From an uncultured Alphaproteobacteria bacterium (GTDB lineage: Bacteria > Pseudomonadota > Alphaproteobacteria > UBA6615): DNA of 64,000 nt. The position numbers and the translations under genes were made by a program. The notes beneath the pieces are model-generated. The model searched no databases and was not told the DNA's origin. It saw only the letters and a program-made list of their open reading frames with translations. Each line of letters starts with the position of its first letter. The stretch's first letter is position 1. Below, piece after piece: positions 1-8,026 of this stretch. The stretch is from the NCBI GenBank assembly GCA_964276015.1, contig CAXYDO010000013.1:25305-89304 (forward strand), read 5' to 3'.

Positions 1-847
1 CGGAGAACGGGTTGAGACTGCGGTAACCGGAATTTCCCGCCGTCGGCAGGCCGTCGGTCACCAGGTAGATGTCTGTTGGCTTGTGGGCTGCAACGGCCTT
101 CAGGCCTACGGCAAGATTGGTCGGCCCGGTGGGCACGATCTTGTTGAAATCCGCCACAAGCCGTCCCAGACCAGCCGCGTCTCCCCCCGACGTCCCGCCT
201 ACCTTGCCGAGGGTCGTCGCCGTGTCGTTAAACGTCACCACGCTGACCACTGTATCCTGCGGCAGGCGCGCGACGAGCCACTGCATAACGCGGCGGGTTC
301 GCTGCCATTTCGGACCGGCTACTTTTGTTGCTTCTCCCTGATTTTTACGGCGAATGATGTCGATCAGAGCCGTGTCCGTCATGGACGCGCTGCTGTCGAT
401 CAGAATTGCAATCCGCTTGCCTTCGACCCGCAGACCGATCAGGTAGTTTTCCTCACCGGCCTGCTGGCTCTGCACCAGATCTGTGTTGTCCTTAACCTCG
501 ATGGTCTCGATGGTTTTCTTGAGACTCTCCTCCTCGCTACGCCGGGCGGTGATTTCCTTCTGTTTCTTGTTGATCTCGTCCTGGACGCGGGAAATCTCGC
601 TTTCCAACGCCTCGACCTGGCCCGTGGTCGACGCTTTGGCTCGCAAGGCCGATACAACTTTTGCACTAAGGTCGTCTTCGGCTTTCTGCAAACGTTCGAG
701 ATCAGACGTCAGGCGTTCACGCTCGTCAGAAACATGGGCAACATCATGTTTGACCAGCATCAGGACAAGAATGATCGCGCCCAGCCCGCAGGACATGACG
801 TCCAGAAAGGCGAGGTTAAAACCCTCGGTTTTACGGCGCGCTCTCAG
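1..847 (-). CDS. VWA-domain membrane protein with N-terminal ExbD/MotB-like TM helix and coiled coil (3' end runs off window)
   Basis: Not in ORF track; hand translation of minus strand gives LRARRKTEGFNLAFLDVMSCGLGAIILVLMLVK, a coiled coil, then IAILIDSSASM (MIDAS DxSxS), GPTN and IYLVTDGLP. Frame is open to the window edge. Likely start is CTG overlapping the upstream TGA. Confidence 0.85.
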   Translation of the reverse strand, partial: MRARRKTEGFNLAFLDVMSCGLGAIILVLMLVKHDVAHVSDERERLTSDLERLQKAEDDLSAKVVSALRAKASTTGQVEALESEISRVQDEINKKQKEITARRSEEESLKKTIETIEVKDNTDLVQSQQAGEENYLIGLRVEGKRIAILIDSSASMTDTALIDIIRRKNQGEATKVAGPKWQRTRRVMQWLVARLPQDTVVSVVTFNDTATTLGKVGGTSGGDAAGLGRLVADFNKIVPTGPTNLAVGLKAVAAHKPTDIYLVTDGLPTAGNSGYRSLNPFS

Positions 848-1611
848 CTTCGACCCAATGTGCTGATGCGGTTCAGCAGGAAGGATTCACAGTACTCATG
901 GGTGTCTGTGACCATGGAATCCTGCAGGCGCTGAAGCTGGTGCAGCAAAAACATCAGAACGATGCTAATCAGCAGGGCTACGAATGTGGAATTGAACGCC
1001 ACTCCGAGGCTTTCCGTCATCCCGGCAATATCCCCGGCTAACGCCTGATCAGCCTGAGACAGGGCCTGGCCGATACCGCGCACCGTGCCGATGAACCCGA
1101 TCGCCGGAATTGCCCAGATCAGGTAACGGACCATGGAATTCTCGGCTTCCTGCTTCAGGGCCAGCGCCTCGACATTGGCGTCAATCGTCTCCGAGGTGTT
1201 CTGCACGTTGTCGGTGATCAGGAACCGCCGCAAGCTTGCCGACAAAGTCCGCACCAGCGGTGTGGTGCGGATACGGTCGGGCAGCTTCTCCAGTGTTTCC
1301 AGCATCGAGGCGAGGTCATCGTCGCCCTCCGCGCCACCCTCCAGCAGATCCACATTGAAAAGGTAGCGGTCCTTTAGAATAGCAAAACATTTGTCGAGGA
1401 TGAGGAACGTCCCCCACAGCATCATCATGATGCAGATTTCCTGTTCCCAGTCTTTAAGGATCACCGCCAGTTCGCGCGGCGCGCTTTGCCCGGCAGCCCG
1501 GGCCGCCGCGATAGCGTCAGCTGATTCGGGCCAGACATATCCGACGTAAAACAGATGGACGACTATGATCGAGACGACCAGAGCCAGGGTGTTCTTGATT
1601 GCGAATGCCAT
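844..1611 (-). CDS. MotA/TolQ/ExbB proton channel family protein
   Basis: AIPAIGFIGTVRGIG and LGVAFNSTFVALL motifs; several TM helices. Confidence 0.9.
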   Translation of the reverse strand: MAFAIKNTLALVVSIIVVHLFYVGYVWPESADAIAAARAAGQSAPRELAVILKDWEQEICIMMMLWGTFLILDKCFAILKDRYLFNVDLLEGGAEGDDDLASMLETLEKLPDRIRTTPLVRTLSASLRRFLITDNVQNTSETIDANVEALALKQEAENSMVRYLIWAIPAIGFIGTVRGIGQALSQADQALAGDIAGMTESLGVAFNSTFVALLISIVLMFLLHQLQRLQDSMVTDTHEYCESFLLNRISTLGRS

Positions 1612-1635
1612 ATCAGTAGCCGCTTTCCAGTCGCA

Positions 1636-1791
1636 TTAGATATCCACCGGGAACGACACCGGTGAGTTCAGGCTGATGCCCGATTGAGCGTAGGCGAAAC
1701 CGATCAGGCCACTGCCAAGGGCGAGGACCATGATCGCAATTCTCGCCTTTCGAAATCGCGCCTTAGCGCGCGTTGCTGCCTTGTGCTGCAT
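1636..1791 (-). CDS. small (51 aa) signal-peptide protein ending SPVSFPVDI
   Basis: C-terminal part of ORF 1636..2004 from the ATG at 1791; basic N-terminus, hydrophobic core and AYA|Q cleavage site; fills the operon gap. Confidence 0.6.
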   Translation of the reverse strand: MQHKAATRAKARFRKARIAIMVLALGSGLIGFAYAQSGISLNSPVSFPVDI

Positions 1792-3781
1792 GCAGATATC
1801 TCCCGATTCTGAATCCGATATCTTCTTTACCGTGGGTCGACCCTTCACGATAGGACGCCCGCAATTTCGTTCGCGTTCCTGATTTCCAACTCGAGCCTTT
1901 GACCACATGAGTGCCGCCAGAACGCGGCCCAAGGGGATCGGTTTCGACCTGGTCACGGCTGGGTGGCTGAAGCGAATAAAAATCATGAACCCATTCGCTG
2001 ACATTTCCGGTCAGATCGAACAGACCGGAACTCTCGGCCGGAAAGCTGCCGACCGGGGCGAGACCTGCGAAACCATCATTGTATTTCGGCACATAGAATT
2101 TGGTGATCCCATTGGCAGATTCATCGGCAATGTTGCCTGCTTTTTTCGGCACGGTCCCCGTATCACCCCAAGTAAAAATCGTCTGCTTCGGGCGACCGGC
2201 CAGACGCGCGAGCCATTCCCACTCGGCCTCGCTCAACAGGCGATAGCCATCGCTGGTGGTGCTCACGCCGACGAGCCTGCCATTGGAAATTCGGTAAAAC
2301 GGCGTCAACCGCTCCTGAACGCTCAGCCAATTGGTAAATTCCGCAGCCGCTACCCATGAAATCCCGGTAACCGGCGCTTTCGATGCACCCCGACGACCAC
2401 TTTTGAACTGCGCAAACTGACCATTGGTGACCTCGTGGCGGGCCGCATAAAACGGTTTTCGTAGGTTCACGCGCTTCTCGAACTCATTGGCCCGCTGCCC
2501 TTTCTGGCTGCGCGGCGCGCCCATGACGAAAGGCGTCGGTTTGAACAGGGACAGCCTGATACCGACAGAATTTGTGTAGGACCGCGGGGATTCCGCCAAA
2601 CGCGCGGCCGTTTCACCAATGAGTTCTTCTCGAATCACAAGAGTGCGCTGATCCGACGGCGTGATGATCTTGCGGATCGTGCGATAGGCCTTCTTGCGCA
2701 GTTCGATCTTGTGCGGCACGGCCAGCAATTGTAGCTCGGCGCTGCCGGTTCCAACCTTTTCGCCATCGACAAAAATCTCGGCCCCCGGGGTGGTGCGAAT
2801 ATCGACGAGGCCCAACTCCGGCTGCAGCTCTAACGCCAGGGACTTCTGTTCCAGGGCTTTCAGCCGAACGGTCTGGCTCTTGGATTTGTAGCCCTCCAGC
2901 ACATAAGTCACCGTGTGGTCTTGGTTGGCTGCCAGCTCCACGTCCCCGGAATTGGCCACTTTTCCGCCGTTCAGCAGAAGCTCCCCGCCCGCCGGGCTGA
3001 CCGACAGCTTCAGGGTCGCGGAGACCGGCTTGAGTATATAACGACGTTCGATCTGCGGCGCGATATTTGTAACTTTCACCTCATCGTCGATCGCTACCCG
3101 GTCCGGTGCGGTCACCTGGATCCGGTACACGCCACCTTCGACGGTCATCTCCAACAGTGTCGCTCCCACGCTGAGGTCGTTGAGAAACACTTCGGCCCCG
3201 CTGGGCGCCGAGGCAATTGTGAGCCGCCCGGCGACCGGTACGAGATCGAGACGAACTTCTGCGGTTTTGCCTCGCTCCAGTTCCAGTTCAAGCTCAACCG
3301 GCTGAAAATGGAGATGGTTCGCGGCCAGCTTGTAATTGCCCGCCGGGCGTTCCAGATCAATGCTCGTGGCGATGGCTACAGGTTGCCCGTCGAGGCTCCA
3401 GCGCGTTCCCGGCAAATTGCGTCCGGTGGCCGCGTCCAGGCGCCCTGGCAGGGGTTGCAGGCGGATCTCGACCGTACGACCGAGCTCCGCGGCCACAACC
3501 TCATGTACGACGTCGCGGAATCCTTCCGAGCGCACCGCCACAATCGGCGCTCCGCCGAGGCTGTAAACCGTCATGCCCACGGCGAGCCCCAAACCCTCGA
3601 CCAATTCAACTCGGCCGCCGTCCACCGCTTCGTCCGGGGTGACTTTCACCACCGTCCCGCTGGTTGAGAGGAGCACACCGATCACCGCCAACCCGATCAG
3701 GACGAGCCCGACAAGTCCCCCGACGTAAAATCGTGCCTGACGTCTGCGGGCTTCCCGCAGTCCTTCCTCAAACTGGCTCAT
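1763..3781 (-). CDS. membrane-anchored PEGA-repeat protein with C-terminal FGE-sulfatase (SUMF1/GldK-like) domain
   Basis: N-terminal TM; PEGA repeats (LTIASAPSGAEVFLND, IRTTPGAEIFVDG); FGE motifs FVMG, HEVTNGQF, YRLLSEAEWEW, GLFDLTGNVSEW, IGFRI. Confidence 0.9.
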   Translation of the reverse strand: MSQFEEGLREARRRQARFYVGGLVGLVLIGLAVIGVLLSTSGTVVKVTPDEAVDGGRVELVEGLGLAVGMTVYSLGGAPIVAVRSEGFRDVVHEVVAAELGRTVEIRLQPLPGRLDAATGRNLPGTRWSLDGQPVAIATSIDLERPAGNYKLAANHLHFQPVELELELERGKTAEVRLDLVPVAGRLTIASAPSGAEVFLNDLSVGATLLEMTVEGGVYRIQVTAPDRVAIDDEVKVTNIAPQIERRYILKPVSATLKLSVSPAGGELLLNGGKVANSGDVELAANQDHTVTYVLEGYKSKSQTVRLKALEQKSLALELQPELGLVDIRTTPGAEIFVDGEKVGTGSAELQLLAVPHKIELRKKAYRTIRKIITPSDQRTLVIREELIGETAARLAESPRSYTNSVGIRLSLFKPTPFVMGAPRSQKGQRANEFEKRVNLRKPFYAARHEVTNGQFAQFKSGRRGASKAPVTGISWVAAAEFTNWLSVQERLTPFYRISNGRLVGVSTTSDGYRLLSEAEWEWLARLAGRPKQTIFTWGDTGTVPKKAGNIADESANGITKFYVPKYNDGFAGLAPVGSFPAESSGLFDLTGNVSEWVHDFYSLQPPSRDQVETDPLGPRSGGTHVVKGSSWKSGTRTKLRASYREGSTHGKEDIGFRIGRYLHAAQGSNAR

Positions 3782-5258
3782 CAGGATAAATTTCCAATGT
3801 CAGAACTTCCGTACCCGGCGGGACATCCACGGTAATAAGCTTTGAGCGGAACCCCGCACGCGTGCCTTCAAAAATATAGCTGCCCGGCCGCAATTCGATA
3901 GTTCGATCGGTTGTCACTCCCACCTGTCCCACACCACGCACGGATATCCGGGTTACCCCGTCGGAAAGGATACGGATCGACACTTTCTGCGCATAAGACT
4001 CGACCAGATGCGTCACATCCTGCGCCATGCGAGCCAGCGATGGGCTTAAATCTGCAATACCCTGCGCCTTGGTGGCCTGTTCGGCGGCATCATTGGCAAC
4101 CGTCTCCGACGCCATCCGGTCCGGGTTGTCCAGTATATCAGTCAGCTGACGTTGCAGCCGGTTGATCTCGGTGGCGAGCTGATACCCCCCCGTCACGTTG
4201 GGGTCATCGGGAACAATGGCGCCCGCCCGGGCGTAAAAATCCTTTGCAGCAGACCAGTCATCTTCCTGCTCGGCTGCTTTGGCGCCGGCCACCATCTGCT
4301 CAAACTTCAGTGCCGTGGCCAGGGTCTCGATTTTTTCGGCCAGCAATCTGGTTTCGCGTCGGTCCGGGTAAACCGATCGGGCGGCATTCAAATCGGCCCG
4401 CGCCGCGCCCAGCTTACGGCCCAGCACATTTTCAAGCCCCGCATCGATCCGGGCCGTGAATTGCCGCTCGCGCAACTCGGTGCGCACCGCCGCCAGGCGT
4501 TCACCCTGGGCAGCGCGCGCCGGATCGAGGGCCAGCACCGCGGTGAGCTCGGCCGCTTCCGCTGCGAGATTGTTTTCGACCCGGGCGACGGCGGCTTTCT
4601 CCAGGGCGGTGAGAATGTCGGGTAACTTTGCGATCCCAGCGCCCAAATCCTGGGCGTCTTTGGAATCCGGCTGCAGCTGGAGAGCGCGCGCGCCGTGCAG
4701 GGAAGCCTGTTCGTAGTTATCATCCGCGAAGGCGGCGCGCGCCGCGCCAAGCGCCTCACCAAAAGCGGTATCCCGTGCAGCGAGTTCCTCGGAGGCAGAT
4801 TTAGACACCGCGGCCAGCTTGGCAGCCGCATCTGCATATTGGCCTTGGGCGAAGGCGTCGAGTGCGGCCTCTTTTTCCACCAGAAGCGCGCGCTGCGCCG
4901 GCTCGTTCCAGGCTGCAAATTCCGGCTTCGTGACATCCGGTTCAATATCGTTCTGAAACAACGTCAAATCGGCTTTGAACTGCTCCCGAATTTCATTCTC
5001 GGCGCGCCCCTGCGCGACGGCTGACACCGGCGTTTCCGAGACAACGTCCGGTGTATTCTCGAGGAGCGGCTGGACCGGGGTTCCATCCTCTCGCGCCGGC
5101 TCGGCCTGAATCGTTGAAGCCTCCGGGGTTGGCCAGAACACAAACACCGCAAGCAGAAACGCCACCACAAACCCCGTGACTCCGAAGAAGCCCAGGGCGA
5201 GCAGTAGGTTCCGGCGCCCGGACGCCCGGCTTTCCTGTTCGAGTTTCTCAAGCAGCAC
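3768..5258 (-). CDS. membrane-anchored TPR-like helical protein with C-terminal PEGA-like beta domain
   Basis: N-terminal TM; Ala-rich helical repeats (ARALQLQPDS, AVLALDPARA, AARSVYPDR, AGAIVPDD); C-terminal IELRPGSYIFEGTRAGFR. Confidence 0.75.
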   Translation of the reverse strand: MLLEKLEQESRASGRRNLLLALGFFGVTGFVVAFLLAVFVFWPTPEASTIQAEPAREDGTPVQPLLENTPDVVSETPVSAVAQGRAENEIREQFKADLTLFQNDIEPDVTKPEFAAWNEPAQRALLVEKEAALDAFAQGQYADAAAKLAAVSKSASEELAARDTAFGEALGAARAAFADDNYEQASLHGARALQLQPDSKDAQDLGAGIAKLPDILTALEKAAVARVENNLAAEAAELTAVLALDPARAAQGERLAAVRTELRERQFTARIDAGLENVLGRKLGAARADLNAARSVYPDRRETRLLAEKIETLATALKFEQMVAGAKAAEQEDDWSAAKDFYARAGAIVPDDPNVTGGYQLATEINRLQRQLTDILDNPDRMASETVANDAAEQATKAQGIADLSPSLARMAQDVTHLVESYAQKVSIRILSDGVTRISVRGVGQVGVTTDRTIELRPGSYIFEGTRAGFRSKLITVDVPPGTEVLTLEIYPDEPV

Positions 5259-5273
5259 GAACGACCGCCATAG

Positions 5274-6542
5274 CTAGAGTTTTACCTGCGGGGTTTTTTC
5301 CTGCTCGAATATTTTCTGCAGGAAGTCACGCCACTGGGCGAATTGTTCCTTGGCCGTTCCGGTCAGCTTGATCGTCTCTTTCTCGAACGCCACAACCCGG
5401 GGGGCGAGATCGATATCGATTGACTGACCGAGCTCCTCGAGCGCCTCACGATGGACCTTCGCCTCGGCGCTGGTCTGGAAACTATCCGTCAGCAATTTGG
5501 CGCCGACGATCCCGCCGGCAATGGCACCGGTGGTGGCAATGGTGCTACCCGCCGAGGAACTTGAATTCGCACCGGCTACGATCGCCAGAACGCTAAGCCC
5601 GATCGCCAGCACCCCCAACGCAGCCTGCCCGACTGCTTTTTCATTGACCTCGCCCCGTGCTTCCCGTTCAAGCAGGCTTTGTTCCTGCCAGATCAGGTAG
5701 CTGTCCTGCATATCTGCGCTGAACGCGGCATAGTGCTTCTGCATGCCATCAACGAAAAGCTGGTCGCGCACCCGAACCGCACGGGTTCGGCGCAGCATCG
5801 GGTCTTCCTCACTGGGGAAACTCACGAGTCCGATAGTCCGACCATTGGCGTCGAGATGTTCGGCAAATGCTTCCTGGATAAAACTCGATCCGAACCGCAG
5901 CTCGGTCACCTTCTGAAAGGTTGCCAGTTGCGCGGCGTCGTAGTCCTCGAGCTCCAGCGCGATACGATTGGCGGCCTCCTTGAAGACCGGGTCGTAGGGA
6001 TCCAGACCGTCGTTGCGGGCACTCTTGTGAAAACCCGGGTCGACCGTGTGCTCAAACGAGCGGGTGAACCAGTTATCACCGGTAATATCGGTCACGGTGA
6101 CCTGTATCTCGACATCCTCACCGTTAGATTCGATGATTTTTCCGCTCACGTAAAGATCACCGGTCGCGCTCTGATCCGGGGTCACGCGGACCGCCCCGAA
6201 GGCACCCGTGTCTTCCAGGGCCGCTTTCAGCTTGACCGCAAAACGGTTGGCCTCGGCGCGGCGCAACTCGGGCCAGACACCGTCTTCCTTGTAATCCTCG
6301 CCAGCCTTGGTCAGGCCCGGATCAAACACCGGAACGATCAGGTCGAGCTTCGGCCTGTCGGGGTCAACAACCGCCTCACCGGATTTATCGAACAGGGACG
6401 ACAATTGCGGTCCCACGCTCGAGCTACCCACCTGCGCGTTGCCGGCGCCGGTTCCCGCACCGCCCTGATTGGTCACACACCCTGTCAGGATGAAACAAAA
6501 ACAAACGGCGTAGACGCCCATCTTCTTCATTATCAGTCGCAT
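5274..6542 (-). CDS. uncharacterised lipoprotein with Gly/Ala-rich hydrophobic hairpin
   Basis: GGAGG SD; lipobox LTG|C; hydrophobic segment AALGVLAIGLSVLAIVAGA...ATTGAIAGGIVGAKLL. Confidence 0.8.
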   Translation of the reverse strand: MRLIMKKMGVYAVCFCFILTGCVTNQGGAGTGAGNAQVGSSSVGPQLSSLFDKSGEAVVDPDRPKLDLIVPVFDPGLTKAGEDYKEDGVWPELRRAEANRFAVKLKAALEDTGAFGAVRVTPDQSATGDLYVSGKIIESNGEDVEIQVTVTDITGDNWFTRSFEHTVDPGFHKSARNDGLDPYDPVFKEAANRIALELEDYDAAQLATFQKVTELRFGSSFIQEAFAEHLDANGRTIGLVSFPSEEDPMLRRTRAVRVRDQLFVDGMQKHYAAFSADMQDSYLIWQEQSLLEREARGEVNEKAVGQAALGVLAIGLSVLAIVAGANSSSSAGSTIATTGAIAGGIVGAKLLTDSFQTSAEAKVHREALEELGQSIDIDLAPRVVAFEKETIKLTGTAKEQFAQWRDFLQKIFEQEKTPQVKL

Positions 6543-6562
6543 TTTAGCTTCCTCCGCGTCGG

Positions 6563-7426
6563 CTACTTGACCTGCGGCAGGCCCTTATATTTGCGGTACT
6601 CGTTCCACAGTTTCTTCTTCAGTTCCGGGTCTTTCTCGTCGACGGCAGCCTGTCTGATCTGCGCTTCCAGAATACTATCATTGTCTGATGCCGGAATGTC
6701 TTCCGGGAGCTTGCCATTGCGCATAACCGGCGGTGTCGACCGTGTGGCTACCCGTTCGTCACCTTGAGCAGCCGCGCCCGCTTGTTGGGCGGGAGGCAGT
6801 TCCGGCTCATCTCCAGCGATATCACTCGAGGCCTGAGACCTGGAACCCGGGCGGGCTTCAAAGCTATCGCCGTCACCCTCCATGCCAGACGCCGAGGCCG
6901 ATCCGCTATCGGGGCCTTCGGGGCCCTCGCGACCGGCAGATGACGGCGAAACGCTCGGCAACCCGGCCAAGGGCGGCGTTATCGGTGGTTGTTCAGCCCC
7001 CGGGTCATCGCCGGAAATATCCCCGACAGCGGCCGTTGTTGATGCAGAACTGCCTTCGCCTTCACCCGCAGCATTTGAGTTGGCATCTGTCGCAGCGGAG
7101 CCTTCCGCGTCTGAGGCCGCATCTGTCTCAGCGCCGCCTTCCGTGCTCCCTACCTGACCTGCGTCCGGGTTCGCGTTCGCATCCTCCTCAGATTTTTCTT
7201 CCTCGACCTCCGGCTCGTCCCGGCATTCGTCGTAGCGATTGAGCGAACGCGTCAGCGCCTGATCCATGCGGGCAATCTTCTCTTCCAGGGTCAGACCGGC
7301 TTCATCTGCATAATCGATCTGTGACTCGCCGCATCTCTCAGACGTCGACTGCGCACCAGCCGGCGCGGCCAGCACCAAAGCAAAACCAATCGCGATCAAC
7401 GAACTTCGAGACAGCCAATCTGACAC
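6563..7426 (-). CDS. secreted acidic low-complexity protein with helical C-terminal motif
   Basis: GTG at 7426 after GGAG; signal peptide ending APAGA|Q; long D/E/G/A/S/P linker; C-terminal PEDIP...ILEAQIRQAA..EKDPELKKKLWNEYRKYKG. Confidence 0.75.
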   Translation of the reverse strand: MSDWLSRSSLIAIGFALVLAAPAGAQSTSERCGESQIDYADEAGLTLEEKIARMDQALTRSLNRYDECRDEPEVEEEKSEEDANANPDAGQVGSTEGGAETDAASDAEGSAATDANSNAAGEGEGSSASTTAAVGDISGDDPGAEQPPITPPLAGLPSVSPSSAGREGPEGPDSGSASASGMEGDGDSFEARPGSRSQASSDIAGDEPELPPAQQAGAAAQGDERVATRSTPPVMRNGKLPEDIPASDNDSILEAQIRQAAVDEKDPELKKKLWNEYRKYKGLPQVK

Positions 7427-7719
7427 CTGAATACTCCACAATTCCCACGCGCTGCAGATGCTAACGCGAACCAATATTTAGCTCCAATAATAGCGCAGAT
7501 CAGACTACGATATTTGGTGAAATTGTGGCTTTTTTCCGTCGCATAAAGCGGAACAACCCGCAGAAATCCGGCAAACCTGCCCTGGTTTGGGATGTAACAG
7601 GACCAGTTCTCGCCGCTTGGCATTCTGACCGGGGGCGTGTAAGAAGGCGCCTCCTCGCAAGGGGCTGCCCAGAACTGGTGTGTTTTCCCGGTGTTCGGTG
7701 CAAATTTATGCGGAAGGGG

Positions 7720-7935
7720 GTGATTCCCATCGTCCAAGTTGTTGTACGCGACAACAATGTCGATCAGGCGCTGAAAGCGCTGAAGAAGAAGATGCAACGC
7801 GAAGGCGTGTTTCGTGAGATGAAGCTACGGCGCTCATACGAGAAACCGTCGGAGAAGCGTGCGCGCGAAAAGGCTGAAGCCGTTCGCCGTCAGCGCAAAC
7901 TTGCCCGCAAACGCCAAGAGCGTGAGGGCTTCTAG
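7720..7935 (+). CDS. rpsU: 30S ribosomal protein S21 (start uncertain)
   Basis: [41 protein letters not shown]. Confidence 0.97.
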   Translation: MIPIVQVVVRDNNVDQALKALKKKMQREGVFREMKLRRSYEKPSEKRAREKAEAVRRQRKLARKRQEREGF

Positions 7936-7968
7936 TTCGCCTCTTTCCTTCCAGGAAAACACATGAAT

Positions 7969-8001
7969 AAAAAACGGCCCCAGATAATTCCGGGGCCGTT
8001 T
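7969..8001. terminator. likely bidirectional intrinsic terminator between rpsU and pntB
   Basis: AAACGGCCCC-loop-GGGGCCGTTT stem flanked by A/T tracts between convergent genes. Confidence 0.75.
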
Positions 8002-8026
8002 GTCTTTGGTCTGTAGTCACGATTTT

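Noticed and set aside
83-934. 283-aa plus-strand ORF
   Set aside because: Antisense shadow of the VWA gene, which has clear motifs on the minus strand.
5679-6767. 362-aa plus-strand ORF, and similar long antisense ORFs (21830..23107, 14872..15732, 44136..45104)
   Set aside because: They lie opposite well-supported genes and are expected in high-GC DNA; no recognisable motifs.
1-7426. calling the first operon T9SS, Tol-Pal, Ton or a prophage/mobile island
   Set aside because: No GldL/M/N, SprA, TolB, Pal, TonB C-domain, receptor, integrase or att-like repeat is visible in the window.
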